Shown here in pieces: positions 19,936 through 28,723 of a stretch of 37,029 nt of DNA; position 1 is the stretch's first letter; each line of letters starts with the position of its first letter. A model generated the notes under the pieces. That model did not search any database. It was not told the origin of the DNA and saw only the letters and a program-made list of their open reading frames with translations. The stretch is from a bacterium (GTDB lineage Bacteria > UBP18 > UBA7526): the NCBI GenBank assembly GCA_030615855.1, contig JAUWYL010000011.1:1-37029 (forward strand), given 5' to 3'. Both the position numbers and the translations under genes were made by a program.

Positions 19936-20925
19936 TCACATTTTAGAGAATCCATATCCCAGGATTAATGATAAGGCACAGATCACAGATAAATAAAGGA
20001 ACAAGATTTTGGCACCAAATTCTTTTCTGACAACTAAGATGGTGCCGAAACTGGTAACTGGTCCAACAATAAGTAACACTAAACCTGCTCCGATATTCAT
20101 TCCTTGAGTTAAGAAGGCGTGGACTAAGGGAACGCTCGCTGTAGAACAGATGTACATGGCCAATCCAAAAGGAAGGGCAAAGAGATAGCCGAATCCTCCG
20201 CTCAGGTAATTTCCGATTAACCTTCCTACCGGGGTGATAACCATGATGAGAGCTGCCAGGACTAAACCCAGGGCTAACTCTGGGCCGATCTCCTTTACCA
20301 GATCGACAAAGCCAAATTTAAAGACAGATCTTACTCTTTCTGATATGCTCTTTCTATCCTTTCTCTCTAAATACTTCTCTGGTTTTTTCAAAAAAGTCTT
20401 TTTACAACGAGAAGAGCAGAAATAGTAGGTTCTATTCTCATATTCTGTGCTCAATCCTTTTTCTCTATCTACGCACATCCCGCAGACCGGATCCTCCTCA
20501 TGGAGGAGATGGGGAGTAGGAGAGAGTCTAAAGAGGTTTCCCATTAGACCAAGGGTTAAACCAATTAAGATAACAGAGAGACATAAGAAGAGAGTGAAGT
20601 TTAATCCCAAGAGGCGATAGGTAACCAGAAAGGCAGTGGCTGAGGTAGCGGGAGTAGCGACAAGAAAGGCTAAAACTGGCCCGAGACGTGCCCCTTTTTT
20701 GAAGAAACTAATGGCCACCGGTAGAGCACCAAAGCAGCATAGAGGAAGAAGTGCCCCGGAAATGGTGGCATAAATAATGGGTCTTATCCCTCTTCCTCCC
20801 AGGTGCCTCTCCACCCAGGCGGTGGGAAGGAACTCATGGATGAGGCCGCTCAGGAAGAATCCAAGGGCCAGAACAGGAAATAGTTCAATAAGATAATCTT
20901 TGAGAACAACTAAAAGTTGAATCAT
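19936..20925 (-). CDS. DUF318/ArsP-family permease with an internal YHS domain
   Basis: LPLCCFGALP, AFLVATPAT, MYICSTASVP repeat halves; central DPVCGM..YYFCS..C..TF...PEKY. Confidence 0.85.
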   Translation of the reverse strand: MIQLLVVLKDYLIELFPVLALGFFLSGLIHEFLPTAWVERHLGGRGIRPIIYATISGALLPLCCFGALPVAISFFKKGARLGPVLAFLVATPATSATAFLVTYRLLGLNFTLFLCLSVILIGLTLGLMGNLFRLSPTPHLLHEEDPVCGMCVDREKGLSTEYENRTYYFCSSRCKKTFLKKPEKYLERKDRKSISERVRSVFKFGFVDLVKEIGPELALGLVLAALIMVITPVGRLIGNYLSGGFGYLFALPFGLAMYICSTASVPLVHAFLTQGMNIGAGLVLLIVGPVTSFGTILVVRKEFGAKILFLYLSVICALSLILGYGFSKM

Positions 20926-21327
20926 TTATTTAATTATTTTAGTGATCTTGGAACGATAGATGTTTCTGTCTCTTGTTTTCTTGTTGTAAAGCCAGCTAAA
21001 AACGAAGGAGAGGATGAAGAAGGAGAATCCCAAGATGAGACCCCCTGTCTGGAGATTGGTAATCTTTATTCCTAATACCATGCCTAAGATTAAGGCTACA
21101 AGGGGGAGAGTATAGAATAGAAGAGCTCCTTTTAGTATTAGAGAAGAGGGAATCTCTATTCTGACTCTCTCACCCACCTTGGCCCCGATACTATTTTCTA
21201 CTTCTGCGATCATAGTATTTCCCCTCCTTAAGCTACAGAGACCACAGGCCCGGCAAGCGCTCTTCCTCTCAACCTCCACCTGAGCGAGATCTCCTTCTAC
21301 TTTGATTATTCTTCCTTCTTCTCTCAT
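20926..21327 (-). CDS. RseC/MucC family membrane protein
   Basis: EEGRII.V.G..A.V, ACRACGLC, GAKVGERV.I, YTLPL, two TM helices. Confidence 0.85.
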   Translation of the reverse strand: MREEGRIIKVEGDLAQVEVERKSACRACGLCSLRRGNTMIAEVENSIGAKVGERVRIEIPSSLILKGALLFYTLPLVALILGMVLGIKITNLQTGGLILGFSFFILSFVFSWLYNKKTRDRNIYRSKITKIIK

Positions 21328-22262
21328 CTCAACATTCCCTTGACCACAACGTCGATGGCCTCTTCTTTGGAAAGCCCCCGGGCCATTACCGTCTCGAGCT
21401 GTTTCTTATCGATACTGCCGATGGCTGCCTCATGGGTCACTCTTGCTCTATCATCGATTACTTGAACAATGGGCAAGGCCTTTGCTTGCGCCTTTCCCTG
21501 GACGATCTCGATACAGTCCACATGTCCCCTGCTGAAGGGAGCATTCCCCTCTGTGATTCCGATGGCCATGGTCTTTGCTCTATCCTTGACCGCTACCCGG
21601 GCCTTGATGAGGCTCTTGGCATATGGCCCATCCAATATCGCCTTCTCCTTTATTCGGATGTCGTCATCCCCCTTTCCATATACCTTGACCACCAGTTCTG
21701 CTACTGCCTTCTCCTTTGCCCGGGCCTCATAGTCAATCCTTAACTTGCCAACCTTTCCCTTAATTAAGGTGAAACTGGTATCGAGCCTTCCTCCCTTATC
21801 AATATATATCTTACCCTGAGGGATGACCTCTGCCCCCCCTCTCTCTCCATGGTAATGGGTCTCGTGATAGCCTAAGAAGGCCCCCTTCCCGATTCTGAAC
21901 TCGGCGCTCATAACATGCTTGATCTTTACTGCATTGGGGAAGGTGCAGTGGGCAATTAGGGTAATGCTCGAGCCATCCGCTATCTTTACGTCAACATAAA
22001 TCTCCTGCAGTCCCCTTTTGGGAAGGATGCCGAAACAGAGATAGACTGGTTTCTCGATTCTATATCCCTTTTGAGTAATAAGGGTTATCTTTACCCCTTT
22101 GGGCAGTTCCTCTGCCTGAAAGACTCTTATCCCTTCTATCTTTCTCTTCCCTAAGATCCTGTTCTTATTTACTACCAGAGAAGCACACTTAGGGTCTCTT
22201 AAGACCTTGGGATCGCCACCTGCTTTTCGATAGGCCCTGACCATATTCTCATAATCATTCAT
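21324..22262 (-). CDS. SufB/SufD-family beta-helix protein (SmsB-like)
   Basis: PVYLCFG, IAHCTFPNA, GHVDCIEIV, RVTHEAAIGSID..QLETVMARGL; short (312 aa) and follows sufC. Confidence 0.9.
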   Translation of the reverse strand: MNDYENMVRAYRKAGGDPKVLRDPKCASLVVNKNRILGKRKIEGIRVFQAEELPKGVKITLITQKGYRIEKPVYLCFGILPKRGLQEIYVDVKIADGSSITLIAHCTFPNAVKIKHVMSAEFRIGKGAFLGYHETHYHGERGGAEVIPQGKIYIDKGGRLDTSFTLIKGKVGKLRIDYEARAKEKAVAELVVKVYGKGDDDIRIKEKAILDGPYAKSLIKARVAVKDRAKTMAIGITEGNAPFSRGHVDCIEIVQGKAQAKALPIVQVIDDRARVTHEAAIGSIDKKQLETVMARGLSKEEAIDVVVKGMLR

Positions 22263-22266
22263 CCCA

Positions 22267-22995
22267 TTACTCCTTTAGTTTGCCGGGAAACTTATGGGTG
22301 GGACATGGCTTGCAGTGTAACTTAAAGTAATCCATCTCCTCTTTCGGCCTGCCGGTCTTAATGATGAGGCCGTCACACATCAAGGATACCCTATCAGAGA
22401 TAGAAGCCATCTCCTCACGATGGGTAATGAGGAATATGGTGCTCCCTTCCTTTCTCATACTCTTGATGACATTCAAGATATCATCGAGAGAGAGCATATC
22501 GATCCCGGAGTCTGGCTCATCGAGTATGGCCAATTTGGGCCTCATGGCAATTACGCTGGCAAGCTCGATCCTCTTCCTCTCTCCACCAGAGAGGGTCTTA
22601 TTCACTGCTCGATTTAAGAATTCCTTGGGATTTAAGGCAACTAATTCTAAGGCGTGAGTTACTCTTTTGCTATCCTCCCTATTCTTCATTCCTAAGGAGA
22701 GATACTCCCTTGCTAATAGTCCCTCGAAGCGAGCCGACTCCTGCCAGGCAAGGGTTAAGCCCCTCCTCGCCCTCTGGGAGATGGAGAGATTGGTAATATC
22801 ATTTCCTAAGAATCTAATTTTTCCTTCCTGTGGCTTATACCCTTCGCTTCCCATGAGGCAATAGGCCAAAGAACTCTTTCCGGCACCATTCAGCCCTAAT
22901 ATGGTATGGATCTCACCCTTCTTTACTTCAAGGTTTATTCCCCGCAGTATGGGATGCCCGTTTAAGGTCAATTTCAAACCCTTTATCTCAAGCAT
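22267..22995 (-). CDS. sufC: SufC-like Fe-S assembly ABC ATPase (SmsC-like)
   Basis: GLNGAGKS, LSGGERKRIE, ILDEPDSGID, ITH; C-terminal C-X20-C-X2-C. Confidence 0.9.
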   Translation of the reverse strand: MLEIKGLKLTLNGHPILRGINLEVKKGEIHTILGLNGAGKSSLAYCLMGSEGYKPQEGKIRFLGNDITNLSISQRARRGLTLAWQESARFEGLLAREYLSLGMKNREDSKRVTHALELVALNPKEFLNRAVNKTLSGGERKRIELASVIAMRPKLAILDEPDSGIDMLSLDDILNVIKSMRKEGSTIFLITHREEMASISDRVSLMCDGLIIKTGRPKEEMDYFKLHCKPCPTHKFPGKLKE

Positions 22996-22997
22996 TT

Positions 22998-23276
22998 TTA
23001 GCCTCCAGCAATAGGGGGGAAGATATGGAGAATATCGCCCTCCTTTAAAGCAGCTTTCTTGATCTCTTTCCTATCCACAGTATGGCCGGAGAGGAGGAGG
23101 ATGTAATAATTCTTTATCGCTCCATCAGAATTATAGAGTTGATCAGTAAACCGGGAACCGAACTGCCTCTTCAACTCCTCTAAGGCCTGGGCTACAGTAG
23201 GGGCATTCAAGGAAACCTTGCTCTTCCCTATCTTTTCTCTTAAGGTAGTATAGAAACGAACCGTAATCTGAGCCAT
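22998..23276 (-). CDS. MoaD/ThiS/SAMP-family ubiquitin-like sulfur carrier
   Basis: Beta-grasp pattern ITVRFY..LRE, LKEGD.LHIFPPIAGG C-terminus. Confidence 0.92.
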   Translation of the reverse strand: MAQITVRFYTTLREKIGKSKVSLNAPTVAQALEELKRQFGSRFTDQLYNSDGAIKNYYILLLSGHTVDRKEIKKAALKEGDILHIFPPIAGG

Positions 23277-23497
23277 TAGACTGCTTCCACTCTTTTCACT
23301 TCCGGAACCTTAGACTTAATGGCCTTCTCTACCATATCCCGTAGGGTCAATGAAGCAGCGGGACAGCCGGCACAGGCGCCAATCAACCTCACCTTGACCA
23401 CCCCTTCATCCGTCACTTCGATTAAGTCTACACTTCCACCATGCATGGCGAGCATCTCCCTCACCTCTTTTAGGGCCTCCTCAATCCTTTCCTTCAC
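23276..23497 (-). CDS. NifU/Nfu C-terminal domain Fe-S carrier
   Basis: HGGSVDL, VKVRLIGACAGCP, VPEVKRVEAV. Confidence 0.93.
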   Translation of the reverse strand: MKERIEEALKEVREMLAMHGGSVDLIEVTDEGVVKVRLIGACAGCPAASLTLRDMVEKAIKSKVPEVKRVEAV

Positions 23498-23813
23498 CCC
23501 GCACCTCCTCTCCTATCCAACTCAAATAATCCCTATTCCCGCCTGTAATGGGTAGGGCAATTATTTCGGGAACCTCATAGCTATGTATCTTCTTAACCAG
23601 AGTGATAATCCCCTTAAGCATTTTCTTCTTTGTTTTGGCTAATAGTAAAACCTCAAGAGAGGAATCTATCTTGCCTTTCCACCAGAAAAAAGAGTCCACT
23701 TTGGGAATAATATTTACACAGGCCACCTTTCGCTTCTCTAATAATACTTCCTTTATTCTTGCTGCTTCTCTCTTCGAAGAACAGGCAATCATAACCACAA
23801 TACTGTCGGTCAT
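23481..23813 (-). CDS. cutA: Divalent-cation tolerance protein CutA
   Basis: ACVNIIP, SFFWWKG, E.LLLAKT, HSYEVPEII, YLSWI. Confidence 0.93.
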   Translation of the reverse strand: MTDSIVVMIACSSKREAARIKEVLLEKRKVACVNIIPKVDSFFWWKGKIDSSLEVLLLAKTKKKMLKGIITLVKKIHSYEVPEIIALPITGGNRDYLSWIGEEVRGEGKD

Positions 23814-24184
23814 TCTTCCTTCTCCAAGATTATCCTTTCCCCAGGAGAAACCTTTTTGAACTCCTGAGGATTACCCAAAAGACGACCCACCAGATTAACC
23901 CCGCTAGCTGGCCTGATTTCCTCTCCTTTACTTATCGGTGTAGGACCGAAGAAGATGCAGAACGCCGATTCCGGAGGCCAGTAACCTAAATCACCTTTCT
24001 CCACCACCTCTTTAGGGTTATCCAGTTCCGTCTTTACCGGTATGGAGAAATAGATCTCGTCACCCCAGGTATTAACTTTCGCCTCAAAGGGTAAAGCATC
24101 CCAGATAAGAGAAGCGGTCTTTGATTCGTTCAGCTCTGCTGACATCTCTATTCTGCCTGCTTTAATTCGAATTCTCTTAGCCAT
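23810..24184 (-). CDS. Cyclophilin-like fold protein (TM1367/DUF369-like)
   Basis: LPFEAKVNTWGDEIYF, GDLGYWPP..AFCIFFGPTP, EIRPASGVN. Confidence 0.82.
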   Translation of the reverse strand: MAKRIRIKAGRIEMSAELNESKTASLIWDALPFEAKVNTWGDEIYFSIPVKTELDNPKEVVEKGDLGYWPPESAFCIFFGPTPISKGEEIRPASGVNLVGRLLGNPQEFKKVSPGERIILEKEE

Positions 24185-25049
24185 TTTTGCCTCCTGATTT
24201 CAATTCAATGACCTCTGCTACCCCCTCTTTGGCATCGAGATATAATAAACGATTGCGTAGGGGCTTCCCAATCCCAGTTAATATCTTCACCACCTCTTGC
24301 ACCTGCCAGGAGGTGATCATGGTAGGGGTGGCAGAAGGATTACCAAAGGCGACCTCATCCCCTCTCTGGGGATACTCTTTCTTCTTACCATAGATGAGAG
24401 AAAGCCCCTCATCCTCTGGGAAAATAGTCATTACCTGACCAACGAATCCCGCGATAGCACCATAGACGAAGGGGATGCCCAGTTCCCGGACGGCCTTCTC
24501 TACCATAAAACGAGGAGGGAGGAGGTCCAGCCCATCCGCCACCACATCCGCGCCCTTCAGGACCTCTTTTACATTCCCTTCAGTAATGGTATCCGTATAA
24601 GAAGTAACGATGAGACTGGAGTTTATAGCCCTCACCCTATCTGCTGCTATCTGGGCCTTATACCTACCGATATCTCCCTCAGTGGACATGAGTTGGCGGT
24701 TTAGGGTGGATTCTGTAAAGCGATCATTGTCAGCGATGATGATGTGGCCGATCCCCTGTCGGGCCAAGAGTTCTATTATCCCTCCTCCCAATCCCCCGGC
24801 ACCAATAACCGCTACCGTTGATTTGAGGAGTTTAATCTGACCCCTCATCCCAATGGTCCCGATATTTCTCTGATAACGTAAGGGGACGATTCCCTTCTCT
24901 AAAGCGGTGATCTCCACTTCCTTTTTTGAAAGATCGAATTCCTTTGCTACCGTTTCAACAGATTTTAGAGAAAGCCCTCGATATTCCTGGCCATTGGGCG
25001 CCCTATGCCTCTCCTCCAGTTCCTTCAGACGCTTGACAAAATCCTCCAT
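24177..25049 (-). CDS. ThiF/MoeB/HesA-family E1-like adenylyltransferase, cysteine-free
   Basis: RYQRNI, VIGAGGLG, D.D.F..S.LNRQ, K, DGLD; no Cys anywhere in the 290 aa. Confidence 0.92.
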   Translation of the reverse strand: MEDFVKRLKELEERHRAPNGQEYRGLSLKSVETVAKEFDLSKKEVEITALEKGIVPLRYQRNIGTIGMRGQIKLLKSTVAVIGAGGLGGGIIELLARQGIGHIIIADNDRFTESTLNRQLMSTEGDIGRYKAQIAADRVRAINSSLIVTSYTDTITEGNVKEVLKGADVVADGLDLLPPRFMVEKAVRELGIPFVYGAIAGFVGQVMTIFPEDEGLSLIYGKKKEYPQRGDEVAFGNPSATPTMITSWQVQEVVKILTGIGKPLRNRLLYLDAKEGVAEVIELKSGGKNG

Positions 25050-25090
25050 TGTCTCTCCTTCTAATTTGGATCTGGGATTTAATTTAATCT

Positions 25091-25116
25091 GTCCCCCTGC
25101 CTGTCAGTAGACAGAC
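25091..25116. repeat. Small palindromic element between nadA and the thiF-like gene
   Basis: cctgcCTGTC-agta-GACAGacg. Confidence 0.4.
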
Positions 25117-25120
25117 GTAG

Positions 25121-26026
25121 TTATCGCTTAAGCATCCCGTTTAGAGACTTCTTTGCCCTCTCGCACACTCCTATAGGAATCTTGATCTCATATCTCATCT
25201 TCTCTAAGGACTGGACAACTTCTTTTAAAGTAATCAGTTTCATACTGGGGCAGACGAGGTTCTCACTTGCTGGATAGAAATTTTTATCCGGGATCTCCTT
25301 CTTCAACCTATGAATGAGGCCCATCTCTGTACCGATAATAAACTCCTTCGCTTCACATTCTTTGGCATATTCCAGCATACCATTTGTTGAGAGGGTCTCG
25401 TCTGCTAAATCAATTACTGATAGACGACATTCTGGATGGACAAGGACTTTGGCCTGAGGATGCTCTTCCTTAGCTTTTAATATATCCTTGGGCAATAGAT
25501 TGTAGTGTGTTGGGCAGAATCCCTTCCAGAGTATAAAATTCTTATTCGTTTTGCTTTCCAAATATCTTCCCAGGTGCTCATCAGGAATGAAGAGGATTTT
25601 TTCTTCTCTTAAAGAATTTACTACTTCAATGCCGTTGGCTGAGGTGCAGCAGATGTCTGACTCTGCCTTCATTTTAGCACTAGAATTGACATAGCAGACA
25701 ACCGCTGCCTGAGGATTTTCCTTTTTCTTCTTGCGCAGTTCAGAAAGAGTTATCATCTCTGCTAAAGGACAGCTCGCTTCTTTAATCGGAAGGAGGACTG
25801 TCTTCTCTGGAGATAGAATAGCAGCTGATTCTGCCATAAAGTGAACCCCGCAGAAGACAATAACCTTAGCATCTGTTGCTGCTGCCTTCCTTGAAAGGTC
25901 TAAGGAGTCGCCCACCAGATCCGCTAACTCTTGAATTTCTGGCCGCTGATAATTGTGGGCTAAGATGATGGCCTTTCTCTTTTCCTTTAGTTCCCTTATC
26001 TTCTCTTTAAGTCTCTTATCCTTCAT
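25121..26026 (-). CDS. nadA: Quinolinate synthase
   Basis: ILAHNYQ, GDSL, FCGVHFMAE, ASCPLA, YVNSS, CTS.N, GFCPTH, HPEC, CPSMK. Confidence 0.97.
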   Translation of the reverse strand: MKDKRLKEKIRELKEKRKAIILAHNYQRPEIQELADLVGDSLDLSRKAAATDAKVIVFCGVHFMAESAAILSPEKTVLLPIKEASCPLAEMITLSELRKKKKENPQAAVVCYVNSSAKMKAESDICCTSANGIEVVNSLREEKILFIPDEHLGRYLESKTNKNFILWKGFCPTHYNLLPKDILKAKEEHPQAKVLVHPECRLSVIDLADETLSTNGMLEYAKECEAKEFIIGTEMGLIHRLKKEIPDKNFYPASENLVCPSMKLITLKEVVQSLEKMRYEIKIPIGVCERAKKSLNGMLKR

Positions 26027-26049
26027 TATGCCTTTTTGCTTTCTTACCT

Positions 26050-26481
26050 TTATCTTTCCATCTCCAGACAGTCGCCTGCTTTTACCCTTCCTCCTTTAAT
26101 TACCCGGGCAAAGACACCCTCTTTGGGCATGATACATTCTCCCAAGCGTCTGAAAATAGCGCAAGGAGCAGGACACTCTTTGCCTATCTGAGTAATTTCT
26201 AAAATAATTCTTTTGCCAATGAATATTTTCTGTCCCTTAGCCAAAGAGAGAAGATCAACTCCTTCAGTAGTGAGGTTCTCAGCAAAATCGCCCGGTCCCA
26301 CCTTTAGCCCCTTCTCTCGCACTCTTTGAATAGTCTCCAGAGCCAAGAGACTTACCTGGCGGCCAGAGCCAGCATGGGCATCGCCTACCAGACCATAATC
26401 CTTGCGCAGGCGACCAGTAACGATTTCCCTCTTGGCCACACCTTTTTTCTTACTCCGTAAGACAGCAACAATCCTACCCAT
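26050..26481 (-). CDS. MOSC-domain protein
   Basis: GLVGDAHAG..RQVSLL, PGDFAENLTT, QIGKEC...C......G.CIMPKEG.FARV. Confidence 0.9.
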   Translation of the reverse strand: MGRIVAVLRSKKKGVAKREIVTGRLRKDYGLVGDAHAGSGRQVSLLALETIQRVREKGLKVGPGDFAENLTTEGVDLLSLAKGQKIFIGKRIILEITQIGKECPAPCAIFRRLGECIMPKEGVFARVIKGGRVKAGDCLEMER

Positions 26482-27453
26482 GAGAAGGCAAGGCCTTCTC
26501 CCGCTCTTCGAGCAGCACTTCTATGGCAGCGATATCTTCTTTAGAAAGCGTCCATTCGCTGGCGACAGTGGTCTCCTCAATCTGGGAGGGATGCCGAGCA
26601 CCTACGATGGCTGCCGTTACTTCTGGTCTACACAGTACCCAGGTCACTGCCAGCTGGGCCAGGGTCTTACCATTCTTCTCAGCGATGGGGCGCAATTTCT
26701 CAACCAGTTTGAGATTGGGAGAGAGTTCTGGTTCCTGAAAGTGGGGATTCTTTGTCTTTCGCCAGTCATCCAAAGGTAGATTCTGGATGCCTTCTTTAGT
26801 ATACTTACCGGTGAGCAGGCCACACTCCATGGGACTATATACGATTACTCCGATATCATGGGCTTTGCAATAGGCCAGTAGTCCATCTTCAATACCCTGG
26901 GTAAGCATGCTGTAGGGCGGCTGGAGGGATGCTATGGGATGGATGGGGCGAATGCGTTCGAGTTGTTCTATACTGAAATTGGATACTCCGATATAGCGGA
27001 CTTTTCCCTCTCTCACCAGATCCGCCATAGCGCTCCAGGCCTTCTCTATCTCCTGGTCAGGGTCTGGCCAGTGAATCTGGTAGAGGTCGATTACTTCGAT
27101 ATCCAGTCGTTTCAGGCTGGCCTCTACCTCATAGCGAATGCTCTTTCTTTTTAATCGACCAGAGATCTTCCCTCTCTCATTCCAGACCAGACCACACTTA
27201 GTGGCTATGATGACCTTTCCCGCAGGCCCTTAATGGCCCGGCCCACAACCTCCTCGGAGTGACCCAGTCCATAGACTGGAGCGGTATCTATCCAATTCAC
27301 TCCCTGTTCTAAGGCGCAGCGAACGGTAGCGATTGACTCTTCATCGTCCTGTGGTCCCCAGCCAAAAGCCCATCCCCCACCCCCCATGGCCCAGGTGCCT
27401 AGTCCGATAGGGGATAATTCAAGATCTGTGTAGCCTAATCTTCTTTTTTTCAT
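26474..27453 (-). pseudogene. Aldo/keto reductase split by a 1-nt deletion (pseudogene or sequencing error)
   Basis: 5' ORF has GLGTWAMGG and WIDTAPVYG. Adding one A at 27216-27218 restores REKVIIATKCG...IDLYQIHWP, which joins the 184 aa ORF (GKVRYIGVSNF, QPPYS, YSP). Confidence 0.9.
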
Positions 27454-27485
27454 ATTAGCAAGCCTATACTTTTTCGTGCTGGTAT

Positions 27486-27558
27486 ACTATACCATATATA
27501 AGCACTTTGGACAATTTTAAACTAATTTTATTGTAACATATACGAGTATTTTGGTCAA
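27486..27558 (-). promoter_or_regulatory. Two tandem sigma70-like promoters upstream of the AKR-MOSC-nadA-Sms operon
   Basis: TTGACC-17-TACAAT (27558-27530) and TTGTCC-17-TATAGT (27514-27486), both with extended -10 TG. Confidence 0.7.
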
Positions 27559-27664
27559 GTATTAAACATTTTTTTTAATTTGACCTTTTTTCCTAAAACC
27601 ACCAATGAAAATAAGAACCTGCTAAAGCAGAACCTTGTTTTGCTTATCAAAGTTCCGCTATCTC

Positions 27665-27688
27665 AAAAAAGGCGCCTCTTCTGGCGCC
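27665..27688 (-). terminator. Intrinsic terminator after hypE
   Basis: GGCGCC-6 nt-GGCGCC hairpin followed by TTTTTT on the minus strand. Confidence 0.65.
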
Positions 27689-27712
27689 CATACTTAAGAA
27701 TAGTAGACTGCT

Positions 27713-28723
27713 TTAGCAGATTCTGGGGAGCTGTTCGCCAACCAGCATATCGAGGATTCTGCTTCCCCCGATCTGGGTTCTCAGGAGAACTGTCTCTTCT
27801 GGCTTCTTGACTACTCTTCCAATGATCTTGGCATTCCTGCCATATTTGTTTTTATGCATGACCTTTAAGACTTTATCAGCATCTTGTGGGACGATAAGGA
27901 CAATCAGCTTTCCCTCGTTTGCTACATATAAAGGATCATAGCCCAGCATCTCACAGGCCCCCTTTACCTCTTCCCTTATCGGTATCTTATCCTCGAAAAT
28001 CTCAATGCCTACCCCAGAGCTCTGGGCTACCTCGTTCAGGACAGTGACCAAACCTCCCCGAGTAGGATCTCTTAGAACATGGATTTTACCACTCGCCTTT
28101 AGCATATCAGCAACTAAATGGTTTAAGGGAGCGCAGTCGCTTATTAGTTTAGTCCTAAAATCTAATCTCTCCCGCTCACTTATGATAGCCACTCCATGGT
28201 CGCCGAGGTAGCCATTTACTATCACTACATCGCCTACCCTGGCATTGACCCCTGAAATATCTATTCCTTCCCCTATTATCCCTATTCCAGTAGTAGTAAT
28301 GAATAGTCTGTCAGCACCCCCCTTATTGACCACCTTGGTATCTCCAGCCACAATCTCTATCCCTGCCTCTTTTGATGCTTCTTTCATAGACGCAATAATC
28401 CTTTTCAGGTCTTTTAAGAGAAAGCCCTCTTCAATAATGAGGGAGGCGCTTAAGTATAAGGGCCTTGCTCCAGACATGGCAAGATCGTTGACTGTGCCAC
28501 AGATGGCTAACCTACCGATGTCACCCCCGGGAAAGAATATGGGATTGACCACATAGGAGTCGGTTGAGAAGGCCATCCTTCCCTTTTCGATTTTAAAGAC
28601 TGCACTATCATCCAGGACTTCCAGAATGGGATTCCTAAAGGGGGGCAAAAAGGCCTCTTTAATCAACCTCTTGGTCAGGCTCCCTCCTCCCCCATGGGCC
28701 AATGAGATTCTATCTTTTTTCAT
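27713..28723 (-). CDS. hypE: Hydrogenase maturation carbamoyl dehydratase HypE
   Basis: LAHGGGG, TDSYVVNP, GTVNDLAM, GDTKVV, RDPTRGG, ANEG, C-terminal PRIC. Start moved to ATG 28723. Confidence 0.98.
   Translation of the reverse strand: MKKDRISLAHGGGGSLTKRLIKEAFLPPFRNPILEVLDDSAVFKIEKGRMAFSTDSYVVNPIFFPGGDIGRLAICGTVNDLAMSGARPLYLSASLIIEEGFLLKDLKRIIASMKEASKEAGIEIVAGDTKVVNKGGADRLFITTTGIGIIGEGIDISGVNARVGDVVIVNGYLGDHGVAIISERERLDFRTKLISDCAPLNHLVADMLKASGKIHVLRDPTRGGLVTVLNEVAQSSGVGIEIFEDKIPIREEVKGACEMLGYDPLYVANEGKLIVLIVPQDADKVLKVMHKNKYGRNAKIIGRVVKKPEETVLLRTQIGGSRILDMLVGEQLPRIC

Noticed and set aside
27212-27222. GGGAAAG as a programmed -1 frameshift site in the AKR gene
   Set aside because: The heptamer is out of phase with the zero frame (CGG GAA AGG), so it does not fit X XXY YYZ slippage.
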